A stretch of 64,000 nt of DNA from Daphnia carinata. Taxonomy: Eukaryota. The stretch covers positions 3,038,001 through 3,102,000 of the forward strand of contig NC_081332.1 of NCBI RefSeq assembly GCF_022539665.2, given 5' to 3'. Within the stretch, counting starts at the first letter, position 1, and each line of letters begins with the position of its first letter. The notes beneath the pieces are model-generated. The model saw only the letters and a list, made by a program, of their open reading frames with translations. It was not told the origin of the DNA and ran no database searches. Of this stretch, positions 1 to 13,132 are shown piece by piece. The position numbers and the translations under genes were made by a program.

Positions 1-3000
1 TCTCTCTCTCTCTCTCTCTCTGATTTCTTGTCTATTTATTCTCATTCTTGTCTATTTTTTTTTCCCCTCATTTATTTGTTGCTTTAACTCGGCAGCGTCT
101 GTTGTGGAGATGGCCGAGGAAAAAGAGAAGAAAACGAGTCGACCTCCTGTGAAAATGGTGGGCGCGTTAAAAAGGCGGCGGTCGTTGAGGGGCTCGCGCG
201 CGCGTGATTTAATATGGGCATCGCCGCCGTGACGTGTGCAAACAATCGGGGGGACGCAAAAGGCCTCAACCATTTCGAAAAAAAAAAAAAAAAAATAAGG
301 GATTTTTATGAGTCAGATAGACGTAGAGAGAGACGCTTTCAGCATCTTTTACAAACACTGTAAATAACCAGCCAGCCCCGGCCAACCCCGCCTCCTTATG
401 CTATCATCGTCATCGAGAGACAAAGGAGAGAGAGAGAGACGAGCCAGTGTGGAATGTTGTCGGATATATGAAATAAATACCACCACACTTTCTTCTTTTG
501 TTTTTTTTTTGTTTTTGTTTTGTTTAGTTTTGGCGGTTGCATCTAATAGAAAAAAACAGGCAACATCGGGATTTAGGAATCAAACCCAGCCTCTCCCCCC
601 TGCGAGAAAGGCCCTGAGAAATTATGGCTCAGCAAGAGTGACATTTATCGACGTTTAAAAAAGAACAAACAAAAAACTGAATGGAAATGAATGTTTTAGA
701 GATTCGATGGCAGAGTATGTGAGCTCGTGTCGGCGTGTTGAAATGATTGTCTCGTTATATTCGTTTGCACTTGTGTGGCCAACATTCAGACCTGTCCGCC
801 ATCTTTCCCCCTACCAACTGTGTGTAATAGAGCGCGTGTATAGGGCCCGCCATTAACGCCAGCCGATTGAATGTTTCTTCAACATTTCCGTGTGTGTGTG
901 TGTGCGGACAATTCTAAAAACGAGTGCTAGTTTGCCACCCAAAACTGATCATCACACACACACTCGTCATCATGGAGGGGAAAAACAAATTCTAAAGTCA
1001 TCCGTCTCTTTCAATCTCTTCCAGCCAAATACACCCATCAACCGTGGCCCACTCTGCACACATTGAAGGTAAGCCACCATTTTTCCCACTTTTTCTTTTC
1101 GCTTTTCGAGAGGAAATTCAATTTCGATTGACCAACGGTCATCGGCCCCCCTCCCATCGTTTTTCAGTTTTTAAACAACGTTGATCTCTCGCATTTCTAT
1201 TTCAATTGTGTATCGAAAAAGAGCAGACAAAATGTATCGGCCATTGTGTATTGGTTATGTATCCCCCCACGAACCATGTTTATACGCATTAGACGATCGT
1301 AGACAGACCTTTATAGACATATCGGACAATAACTGGACAGTAGAGAGAGAGAGAGCGAGGCCCATTACCGACGCCCATCCGTCTCTCCCCTCCGGCTGGC
1401 ACGACGGAGATGTCGATTGTCCAGCCAAGCGTCTCAAAGGGCCCATTACTTCCAGTACGCAAGCCAACATTTTCTCAAAACGTATCGTTAGAATTGAGCG
1501 AGGGCTTTTTTTTCCCCATTGTTACACGAACAAATATAAGAGGGAAATGTTTTAAAGATCAGCTCTGAATTTTTATTTCGTTAGTTTTCATGTTAAACGC
1601 AGTTTAACCTTTTTCCAGGGGGTGGGATAAAGCTGCACACCTTGTTTTATAATGGATATCAAATCAGGGCTTTTTTTTTATTATTCCTTTAAATGTCAAC
1701 ACAAATCCTCCTTTTTTTGTTAAGTTGACGCTCTGCGATTTGCATCTTTGAGATGCCACTGCGATTCAACTTTTTGATTCTTTCATGAGGATTTTGGAAA
1801 CGATGGATATTTATTCATACGCCTCTTGAAGTTTGCCCTGTTTTTAACCTGTTGTCGACTAACTGCCCGTTTTCTAGAGCATTTCCAAATCGAGTTGCTT
1901 TTCCCTTTTTTTTTTTTTTTTTTTTTTATGTATCGCGTAATCTCGTGCGCCATTGAAACTTTGATGGCACAACGTTAGTTTTTTTAATTTGTACGCAGAC
2001 TCCGAGTGTTTTTACCTGTGGTATTGGCCGTTGTTTAAACCTTGCGCATCATTTTTTTTACGAAAAAGAAAAAAAAAAAAGACCGGAAACGTCCAAGGAG
2101 CTCATGTAGGCTAAACTGTCCACGTCCTCATATTTTGTGAGACGACAGTTTGGCTTGCAATAAAATTCGTTGGCCGTTTAACACACAATTTATGCACGAA
2201 TGGTGCTGAAATGTTGACCAGTTTCCACCGTTAAAAGCTTCGAATAGATTCTTGAGGAAAGGGGGGGGGGGAAGAATTCAATAAAACAAACAAGAAAAAG
2301 AGATCATTAACGAGGCCACCAGGGGGTGGGCCCCATTGTCTAGAGTGTCTGTGTGTTTTTCTCATCCCTCCGCTTTGCACTGCCCGTGAGGCCATCACCA
2401 CCTTTTTAGTATGGCCCCCCCCTCCTTTTCTTTTTCAAAAGTGTCTGTGTGTTTTAGGTGTACCTTTCTTTCTTGTCTTACTTTCGGAAGGTCAAGTAGG
2501 GCTGGAATTCGGGGCTGAGGACCCAACCGAGTCCGTAAATAATCGAGTCAAAAAAAAAAAAAAAAAAAAGAAGAGAGCCAGTCAAGTCAAATATATATAT
2601 ATATATCCCCAAAGTTTTGAGCAGTAAGTCAGAAGGGACGGGGGTCGCGCGCCCCGATTCTATTAGACATGGAAATCTTCAGTTTGGAAAAGTAACTTAT
2701 TCGACAAGAGAAGAAGAAGAGGGGGAGGGCTAGGAGTCGACCCCCTGCTGGAGTTGCTGAAGAGGACAGGCGCCGGCCACATAGTTCCGTCTCTTCTCCT
2801 TTCTTTCTTATAGGATTTAATAATAATAATAATAATAATAAAAAAAGCGCAGATTAAATGTCCGCAAAGATCCTAATCGATGCAATTTCTCGTATAATAC
2901 CTCAACACGCATCTTCCGTGCAATGGTCCCTTTTAAAATCCAGAGATTATTGAATTCTTATTCAATTTTTGAGCTTTACAAACGTTGAGGTTCCTCTTGT

Positions 3001-6000
3001 AGGGCATACACAAAACATGCATAATTCAAAGCGAACACGGCTGACGTGGAAGTGGTAGCTTATAGAAACTGAGACGAGAGGAGTTGCAATCGAAAAATGC
3101 CCAACACGGCGGGGACGCAGGCCTTCTCAACATTCACCGCAGCAGCCCCCCCTTCTTTTTCGTTTTGTTTGTTTTCTACCTTTTTTTTTGTCTATTTATT
3201 TATGCGATTGGGAGAGAGAGAAGCGGAATATAATTTTCTAGGCCGTTCTACTGTTTGGTTATATGTTAAGGAGGCAGGAGGAGGCCAGGATGCGTGGCTC
3301 TCGCACCTTGGAGGCGTCAAGACGTGGCTCACGTGGCATTTTCAATCAACGTACCAACACAAAAAATTTCTTTCTTTCTTCCCCCAACCACGTAGAGAGA
3401 CAAAAACGAATCAACCATTTCTGACGTGGCGTTTCTATTTGTTTTTTGTTTTTCCCCTTCGCATGTAATAAGCTTTCCCTCCATCGCCACTACATAACTC
3501 AACTTTTACTTCGTTCTTTGCCCCATTTTGTTTTTTTTTTCTTTCCTCCGTCTTATTCCAGGGGGTCGTCTTTCTACCATCGATATGTGTTGGCTAAAAA
3601 AAAAGTACAGGTGAGCGGGGGGATGATTGCCTCTTTTACATGTGGGCCTCACCGTTTTGCTGCTCGTACGCAAACATCACAAACGACAGGCTATACAAAA
3701 GGCAACATTTTTGAATAATTCAAAGAGGAGGGAAGCGAAAGGGCATAATGAAGAAGCGCACAACACCCGGGGACGCTGCTTTTTGAATCCCAGATATGAC
3801 ACGCATTCTCTTCCCGCTGCTCTTGTCAAATTTCATTTTTTCTTTTCTTCTTTTATTGATAGAAAGAAAAAAAAAGAAACTTGTTGAAGCTTTATTTCTG
3901 GTGAATATGTGATTATATCGAACGCTAGAGATTAGACGCTGAGGAAAAGAAATCTTTATAAGAAGAAGCTCGTCAATCTCAAATCCCCCCCCCCCCCTTC
4001 TAAAAAAAGAAGAGACTGGCGCAGCACACGCCCGAAAATAAAAATAAAAAGCCGAGCAACAGCAGCCACGGATTCTTTCGTCTCCTTATTATTTCTAATT
4101 CTCTTTCCCCCTCTCTTTTTTTTTTTTTAATATCTTTTACAACTTTATATAGTACCTAATCATATAAATTTTCTATTTACAACCATTCCATCTTGATATC
4201 CCTATGGTATTTTCTCTCTCTCTCTCACTTCTTAATAAATAAAAATGGAATGAAAAGAGAGTATTGATGTCTATGACGAAGACGACACACTGTAATAATA
4301 AAAACACCTGAGCAATTAACATAGAACCGCGGTTAGAGCAGAGAGCAATCAAAGCGCCAGCTAGAGAGAGAGAAGCTGATTGCATTTATACATATGTATA
4401 TGAGGAAACGAGACTAGAGAGAACAAGCTTTATCCATTTGCAAGCTGCTCTGAACGAAACGTCTTTCTGTGCAACACGATGGTAATAACGTCTGCCTTTT
4501 CAGATGGATCAATTCATATTTATCCCCTTCTTTCTTTATTTTAAGAGAACAAAAAAATAATGAAGCAGATTGGATTTTGTGATGAAGCGATAGACACAAC
4601 ACAACGGCGACTGACTTCTCGTCTAGCGATGTCAAAAGAACCAGCCGATGGCATTGACTTGGGGAAGGGGGGATTTTGGACAGAGGAAAACCAACAAGAA
4701 TTGGCTTCATTTTTGGCCACTCGTTGGTGACAATCTGACGACTTGTGAATAAAGATAAAAAGAGATCTTTTTAAAGACGAAGTGAATAGCGGCAGCCGAG
4801 AATCGCCTGATAGCGCCAACTAAATGCCATGTGTAAAAAATGCAGTTTAAAAAAGAACCAAAAGGAAAAACAATAACATCAAAGTAGCTGTGTGTTCTAC
4901 CTGACATTGGCGCCAGACAGAGACCTTGCGAGGCGCAAAAAAAAAAAACCTTTCCGTACAATGTGTAGGTAGCACACATGACACGGTGTGTTGGCTATCT
5001 CGTCTCTATCTGTACGTAGACTTTATTTCGATCTACATGCACTCGTTTTCACCGTGCGCTCTATCCGCTTTCTCGTATTGGCTCCACGTCGGATTTGGCT
5101 GGCCCGTCCTCTGATGGCCCCAAAGAGTCAACTCTTGTGGCCACGTCAAAAATTGTGTACGGATGCTGCTGCTGCTGCTATTTTTCAGCTCTCGAAAAAA
5201 AAAGAGCGAGGGGAGGCATGTTTTAACTTAATAATTTTAGAGGACAACAGTTTCTACTGGGCAAGAGACCCACCGCAGTGGCGAGACGATAACGAGCGCG
5301 AATCCACCCCCGAAAATGTTTCATTTTTCTCTGTCGTCCTTTTTTTTTTTTTTTTTTTTTTTTAAACAAATAAACCGTGCGCCCACTAAAAAAGGAGAAC
5401 AGGACGCGCAAAATGGCAAAACCCTTGATTACCACATGGCTGCTAGCAGCACACACCTTTGATCATCATTTTGTTTCGTCCATTATTAAGCAATTTTCAA
5501 AGGAAGAATTCTTTTTTTTTTTTTTTTTTTTTTTTTGAAAAAAAGGTGAAATCACCACGTCCACCAGCCACAAGAAAAAAGAGGCGAGTGGAACGCACAC
5601 AGGCCTTTTTTCTCTACTAAATACGTCTAGCGATTAAAAATCGATTACGCGCTCATCTGACTTTTTCGAGTTTCGGAGCTGTCAGCTGTTGAACGTTGGT
5701 ACCTTTTGATTATTACTTCTTCTCTGTTTGTTTCTTTTTTGGTGTGCAATCATCAAAGAGGCCCATAAGGAGTCGCAGGAATTCGAGCGTGTTATGTAGG
5801 CCGAAAAAAAAAATGCGGCGTCGCCGTGGTGAATGCGATTTCTAATTGAATCTTCTCGCCGATATTTATGTGTGTGTCTCTATATACGACGGGCCCAGCA
5901 TGAATAGAGACGGACCCCGAAAAAAAAAAAAAAAAAAAAAAAAAAGTCATCGACGACGTAGTGGTTAAACGTATAGAAAAAGAGACTGACGGCGCTGGTG

Positions 6001-9000
6001 TGCGGCCACCCACGACGGACCTCCAAAACGCTAAAGCGAAAAAAAAATAAAAAAAAAGAATAATAATAATAAAAAAGAAAGAAACACACACAGCAAAGAA
6101 GAGGAAAATGTTGTGCTAGTGAGCAATGGCGTCTAGGCAAGAGAACGCGGGGCTGCACAAACTGATTGCAGCTCGAGAAAGAAGAAAAACATATACAATT
6201 CTGTTGCATGCTCTTTTCTACCTCCTCCTTCTTTTCGTTGAAATTGTTCGAGGACGACGAACTCTCTCGTCAGCTCTTTTTTAAACCTACCTAGGCGGCT
6301 GCTGTTATTTTTGTTTTCTCCGCTTGTTTTTCCTTTTGTTCGTTCCTCGTTTTTTATCCCAGCTGTGTGGATGCTCCCGTGATTACCGGGTTTCGCCACC
6401 CACCATCATCACCACCTGATTATAAATGATGGATGTACGCAACCACCACCAACGAGCAACCCGTGCGCCATCTCTATAATCATCCTTTTTTCTTCTTCTT
6501 CTTCTTCTTCTTCTTCATTGCCCCGTTTTTTTTTCTTCAACTTTTTTCTATCCCTCTCCCGACGTGTTTTTTCGTGTTGGCTTGTTTGGCTGTTGCGTTG
6601 AAAAAAGCCTCCCAATGGTTTGCCGCAAATGTTTTTTTTTTTTTCTTTCTATTTAAATGACGTGGTTTTTTTTTTTTGACGAGTGGTGCAGCTGATCGAC
6701 AGTTTTCTCCCCCTTTTTTTTTTCTTGATTGTCAGCATCTTTTTATTTTCTCGCACGACCTGATGCCGTTGTGTAGACGACGTTGCCCTTGTCGCCGCAA
6801 GTGGGAAATAACGACAGAAAGTCTTGACATTTTGACAGTCAATCAACGGCGTATTTTTTTTTTCCCCCTCTTTATCCGAATTTTTAAAAAACGAATACGA
6901 GATGCGCAGATACTAACACATTTTCTTTTTATTCTATTTTTTTTTTTTAGCGCTGCTCGAAAACGTATCCCGACCACCGGGAATCCACGACAACTTGCAC
7001 GCAGATGGAGTGTCTCACCAAAGAGAGGCAGGTAACGTGGAACGCTTTTTTTCTTTCAATTATGTATCCAAGAAAACGATATCGAACGAACAATGGCTGC
7101 TCGGTGATGAAAGCAATTGTATCTTAATTGATTCCCTTTTTTTTTTTTAAATGGTTGGTCGAGAGTTTAAAAGAATTGGATGAAACGTTTTGAACAAGGG
7201 CAGTGTAACGGAGGCAAACAGAGACGATGGGAAGATACAAACAGGGAAAGAGACACACAAAAAAAAAAAAGATGTCAAAGTTAAAGGAAACGAGCGTGCA
7301 TGGGCCGTGTGTGATCTACATAAACGCTCGAGTTTTGTTGGTTGATATAGGTGGCGTTGGTTGATGTTCGACCGACCGTAAGAAAACGACAGTCTTCTTG
7401 TGTATTCCCGGTCAAGAGACAGAGGCTGTACGTCGAATCGGTTGCTGATCATGGTGATAGCTTAAAGGGGGGGGGGGGGCAATACGAGAGAGAGACAGGC
7501 AGCTGGAGAAAAGGGTGGGGTCGCCGAGAAGGAAAATTGTACGCACGCATTCACCATGGCAACGATGATGACACGCGCGCGCGTCCCTTTCTCCCCATGT
7601 TTAGGATGTGGAACCGATCGATTCAATCCCGGGCGGCTTCTAATCGCATTGGGTGGGAGATGCGACCACCATAGCGTACACGCATCTAGCAGCTCTATAT
7701 GCGTACATCGGGTAATAATACTCACCCCCACATGTCACCTTAAATCTCCTTTTTTTTTTTAATTCAAAAAAAAAAAGGATTTAATCCTTCTAATCTGTAG
7801 CAACTCTTATATACGCGAACATTATTACATCACCTAAAGTGTTCCAGCTATGTAAGTCGCGAGTAACTCAAATTTAAAAAAAAAAGAGCGGCCATTTGTT
7901 ACGTTATTACTGGTGTGGCTCAGTGCCCGGCTGCAACACACAGGATGGCATCTAAGAGGCGTGTGTGTGTGTGTGTGTGTAAAGTTGAACTACACGTCTA
8001 GCGTGTATAGTATGTATATAGGGGCAGAAGAGCGTATAAAGATCTGATGTAATCGCCGCCCCCAACACAAACACAAGATGCCTGTGCATAACGTCTGATG
8101 GATGAGATGCCTATAAAAACGGTTGTTTCTTTTGGCGTTTGTTTGTTCCACGTTTTCCCAGCGGACAACTTAATAGCGGGTAATCACCGGCACATATCTA
8201 AAAAAAAACGAACGTGTGTGTGTGTGTGTGTGATAGCTGTGTGCGGTTTGTGTGCTTGCCTTCGCCAATAAAAAGAACAGCTCGACAATTCATCTTTTAT
8301 TTATTTGTTTTCTCTCTTTTTTAGACCTCCCTCGAAGTCCGCAGCAATACACCGTGCAACAGCCAGTTGGGTAAGAAAAATGTTCATTTCGTTCTTCTTT
8401 TTTTTTGGGGGGGGAGGAGGATTTTTCTTGAAAAAGGGGAAAAAGAAAGTTTTGTTCCAAAACGAGGTATGTCGACCTGGCCACATGTGTTGCTCTCTTT
8501 GTATGTTTTTTTTTTCTACGGGAAATCATATAGATAAAAGAGATGTAGGCTGCCCCCGACGACGTGGCAAATCATAGAGTGTGTGTAGTCTACGTGTGTT
8601 GAAGAGCCGAGGCATTGAGGCAGCGAGGTGTTGACCGCACCGTTTTAAGTCGAAGAGCGATCTGTAGATCGCGTGAGCTCGTTTTTCTTTGCCCTTCCAG
8701 TCAAACTCGAAAACATCTTCCAACACCAAACGAAACAGAAAAAGAGATATGCAGATGAGAAGAGCTCTCTTCTCGCCGTGTTTTTTTTTTTTCGATATCT
8801 GCATTGCATCTGACCGAGTCGACCAGAAAACGTTAAATATGTCGCTCGCTAAACACGGAAAGGGCAAAAAAAAATGTTCCAGCACACGAAAATAACTGAC
8901 GTTCTTTTGTATCGACAAATCTTTTCCAGCCCATTGTTCATTTATTATTTTTTTTTTCGTCCTTTTAAAAAAGAAGAAGAAGAGGAAGAAACATTTAAAT

Positions 9001-12000
9001 GTTTAAATATAAAAAGGAAGAGCTATTTGTGTACTGCTGTTGGCCGTGTCACCCGAACCGAGCTTTTTGCGTGACTGGCGCTCAACGACACAACACGATA
9101 AAAAAAAAGAAAGGCGAACGAATGAAATGAAATAAAAAGAGAACAAAAAAAAAAGGATAAAAAAGACGACAAGGGAGGGATGATTGCGGATGTGCGGAGA
9201 GTTTGCTGCTGGCACGCTGCCCGCATTTTGTGGATGGGTTCAAAAATAAATACTAGAGCCCTTTACACACTTACAAGGCGGACGGAATATAAATATATAT
9301 ACATCTAAACAACGTGAGCAACAACAAGAAAACGACTCGAGCACAGACACGTAATACAAACAAAACAAAAGTGAAACTTTTTCTTTTTGATCCCGGACGA
9401 ATCCTCTTTCTTTTTTTTTTTCGGGTCGGTTGAAGATGTTTTGTTCAACAACAAGCAACAACAACAACAAAAAAAAAAGACAAACAGGAAGCGGACAATG
9501 ATGGGGTTAGACTATCCAGTACCGGGATTTTTATTGCTTTCATACGTGCCATGGTACATAGAACAGAAACCGTGACATTTTTGTTCTTTTTCTTTTCTTC
9601 AGATTCTGTCACAAACTTTTCCCTTTTCCGCAATCAGAGGCAAATCTCGTCCAAAACTTTTTCTTTTTTTTTCTTCTTTAATTTGACTCGTAGTAGTGTA
9701 ATGTAATAAAAAAACGTTCTGAACAAAAACTAGTATTCAATCAACTTTTTAGAAATTTGATTTCGAAAGCATTGCGCTATTCCAAAATGTAAAAGCGCAA
9801 TCCTATTTTAACGTAGGCATAGGCCTAATTCTTTCTACAAAAAAATAATAATTCGTCTTGGAAGATGCAACCGTTTCAAATGAGCAACGGAAACCCATCG
9901 AGTGGGGTTTCTTTTTTATATTCTGATTGTTTTAAAAAGGATCATCATTAGACCGCCCCTGCACTCTGCACTCATCGGTTACGGTGACGTACGGAAACAC
10001 AACGTCTATAGCTGATATATACACAATGTGTAACAGAAGAGCAATTCGAGGGTCAGTGCTCGTTTTTCCCACTCGTCCTAATGAAGTCGTAAATTTTCAC
10101 TAAAAGGAAAATACCCCCCCCCCCCCCCCCCCCCTAACCCGCCTTTAACAAAAAAAAGAAGTGGATGAAACCATAAGAAGAGGGGCAAGTTCAAGACTCT
10201 GGGAAGGAAAACTCATTACCTATTCTAACCGAGGCATTTGCTGTGTGGCGTTTATGTAGGCGGCCTATATATGGGGTCCGCTATTATCAAGTTAACGCAC
10301 GATGGTGCGCTTGACGATTGCCTACTTGGAATTGCCGTCAATCGTAGACGTTTCGTGATTGCTCCGAGAGTCGAGTCGATCTCGTTTCTCTAGACGTACA
10401 ACTTGCGAAACGTTAGCTGCACAAATGTTTTTCTTCTTCGCTTCTTCTACGTTTGAATCATTCACAGATCAAGAGATCCCATTCGAGCCAGATGAGAACT
10501 GGATGTTTTATCGGCTGTAATGCATTGGATGCCTCTTGTTTTTTGCTGCGTCTCTTAGGCCTATAAATGTCGGTGGAATAACGTCAACGATCAAACACGG
10601 ATGTTAAAGATGTCGGGTTGCTTTTTAACTATTTGTTATTCAAAGCAAAGGAAATGAGTTTTATTTTTGGGAGCGAAATCGTCAGTTTAATAGTGCTAAG
10701 CCAATAACATGCGAGAATTGAGCATCGTTCACTCGCAATTCAGATGATTGTGTTAACGCATCTTTTCTTTTTCTCGTTTGTAGAGATTCAGCGTCATCTA
10801 GAGGTCGCTGTGGAAACCACTGCACGGAAACCAGTACCCCGCTAGAATTCAAATCGCGCCCGAACGACATACATACCCCGGAAGCTCCTTGAAGAACTGG
10901 TAAGATTCATTTAGTAATCCTGTTGCGAAGAGTTGCTTCTATCTTAGTCACTCTACGTTGCAGAGCTGATATGGAGTGCACTTAAATGAGACATTTACCT
11001 GCCTTTTTTCTGCATCGATTGTGCTATGTCGAGTAGTTGCGCTCGTTTTTTTTCACCGAGTAGGTTTTGGTTCTCCAGTAGTGTTCCAGCGCATACCGGA
11101 GCGCCTGGCTATGCCCAGTCGTTTTCACGAGAAAAACGAACATTTATATTTAAACAAGATTATGTAATTTGTTTGTGTAGATGGCGTGAACGTAACCTCC
11201 TAAGCAAAAATTCAAAATCTAAATAAAAAAAAAAGAAGAAGAAACGTTCACTGGTTATGCAAATTCGATGACAGATATGCGATAGAAAATCGAAAATCCA
11301 TCATTTTAAAAACAGATAATATCAAGCTAGGGAAACCCCGACTTACAACATTACGAAATCTAAATCGCCAACGATTATTCCCACGACGTGGTTCACGGTT
11401 TCATTTCGCGTATGCAAAACCATAGTCGATAACGTCTTTTTTTGTTGTTGTTTTGATAGCACCATTTTGGATTTAGATAGTCCGTATTAAAGTGAAGCTA
11501 TTGAATTATGACAATAAGACAATCAGAGCCACGGTGGCACTGCGTAAAATTTCACGGTCATAAAGCCATGTATCGTAAAGTCGTCGCCTCCAAGGCCAAG
11601 CGATAAAGTTTCACGTGCTCAGGGTGTGTCCAGTCCCGGAGAAGAAAAAAGTGCAGCCGCAAAGTGGTTGTTGTCGCAACGTTTATAGTCAATTGAAAAA
11701 CAAACAAAAAACGTGTCAAAAACAAATTTTATAGCACAAAAACAAAACAATAACATTGCACGTACTTTTAGAAATATCACCGTTCAAAATACAATGAAAT
11801 CACGGGGTGAGTGAATCCTTTGATAGATGTCATCACATGGCAGCCGGGGTCGCATAACGGGTCTTTCATCAACCCAAATTAGAAATCTAAACAACAAGAA
11901 AAAAAAAATGAAATCAAGTTTTGTTTCTAACCAAACTAAAACATTTTTCCGCTGTGGCAATTCGGCAATCAATGTTTACGTGGTGGCGCAATCTGTTTGA

Positions 12001-12159
12001 TATCCAAAAATGTATCAGGACATTGAGAGCGATGACACTTTAACGAATGCTAACCGTGTACCTTTTCTTTTTTTCTTCTGTTGATATTTTTTTTTTCTAG
12101 TAAGAGGACAAGGAAAAAAGAAGCGAGTTTTGTTGGTTGCAAATACCTGGATGGTTGTT

Positions 12160-12201
<42 letters not shown>

Positions 12202-12300
12202 AGCGACAAGAGGCCAAATGCTGGTATCAAGGAGACAACCCGTCTGGTGCTGTGAGCTGTTTTTCGTTTGTGTGAGCAAAAAAAAAAAGAAAAAGAAAAG
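1..12300. other. Long non-coding region with microsatellites and homopolymer tracts; probable cis-regulatory region
   Basis: (TC)n, (GT)n, (AAT)n, (CTT)n and poly-A/T/C/G runs. ORF-track entries are F/K-rich low-complexity translations with no recognisable domain. Confidence 0.7.
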
Positions 12301-12316
12301 GAGATTGGCGCTTAGC

Positions 12317-12424
12317 TATAAAGCCTCCTGCTAAACCAGTTCATCCCTCACACTTTGAGAAGTTTCGCCGTCCTGCAAGGTTGGCATCTTCTTCACTTCA
12401 ACATCCGCTTCAATCACTGTAAGT
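12317..12424 (+). promoter_or_regulatory. TATA promoter and non-coding first exon of the chitinase gene
   Basis: TATAAA at 12317-12322, donor GTAAGT at 12419, and acceptor TTGCAG at 13121-13126 just before ATG 13133. Confidence 0.55.
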
Positions 12425-13132
12425 TGCAAATTCGATTTTCTTTCCCTTTCTTTTGTCCGAAGTTTCAATTGTTTGAAATGCTCATCAATCGTAAAGGCTT
12501 TTTCAAGTACGATCTATGTTTACTTGTCCTGTCGATGATGCGCTCGTCATGAAATCTAGGTGGATTGTCGAGATGGCCTATCTAACTTGATTCCTAATGC
12601 ATTTACAGACGTTATGTAAATGTCAAATCTAGATCGCTGCTCCTGTTGGGGTCAGTTACACAGTTAAACAACAGCAAAAGTTTTTTTGAGGGAAGTGTGA
12701 GCTTCTTAAAAGTAAGATCAGATAAACATATAAATCTCCAACGGTTCTGTCTTGCCAGAAGAGTGAGTTGCTTTTCCGATGAATCTGTCGTCATTTGCCC
12801 GTATATTGCCGTTTAACCAAGTCATATTTGGCACGAGACGGAACCCGAAACAACGGGTAAATGATTGCACGTATCCAAAAAAAAAAAAAATCAAATAGAT
12901 GTTGTGCGACGAGCAAAAGCGACCTTGAGTGTAGATAGCATCTAGGTGTGGTCGGCCAAACTAGTCCTGGAGCTACGCGTTACTTGTTATAGTCGTCCCA
13001 TCCTGCACATTTGACGATCTAAGATGGGAAACGACTCAAACAAAACTTGAAAAAAAAAAAAGTAAAAGTAGCAAGGTCACAAAAAGAGTTAAAAAAAACA
13101 AAAAAACTTGTTTTTGTTGTTTGCAGGTGGCA

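Noticed and set aside
52..12794. Numerous 60-130-aa ORFs in the upstream region
   Set aside because: Low-complexity translations of A/T tracts, mostly non-ATG starts, with no domains or consistent splice structure.
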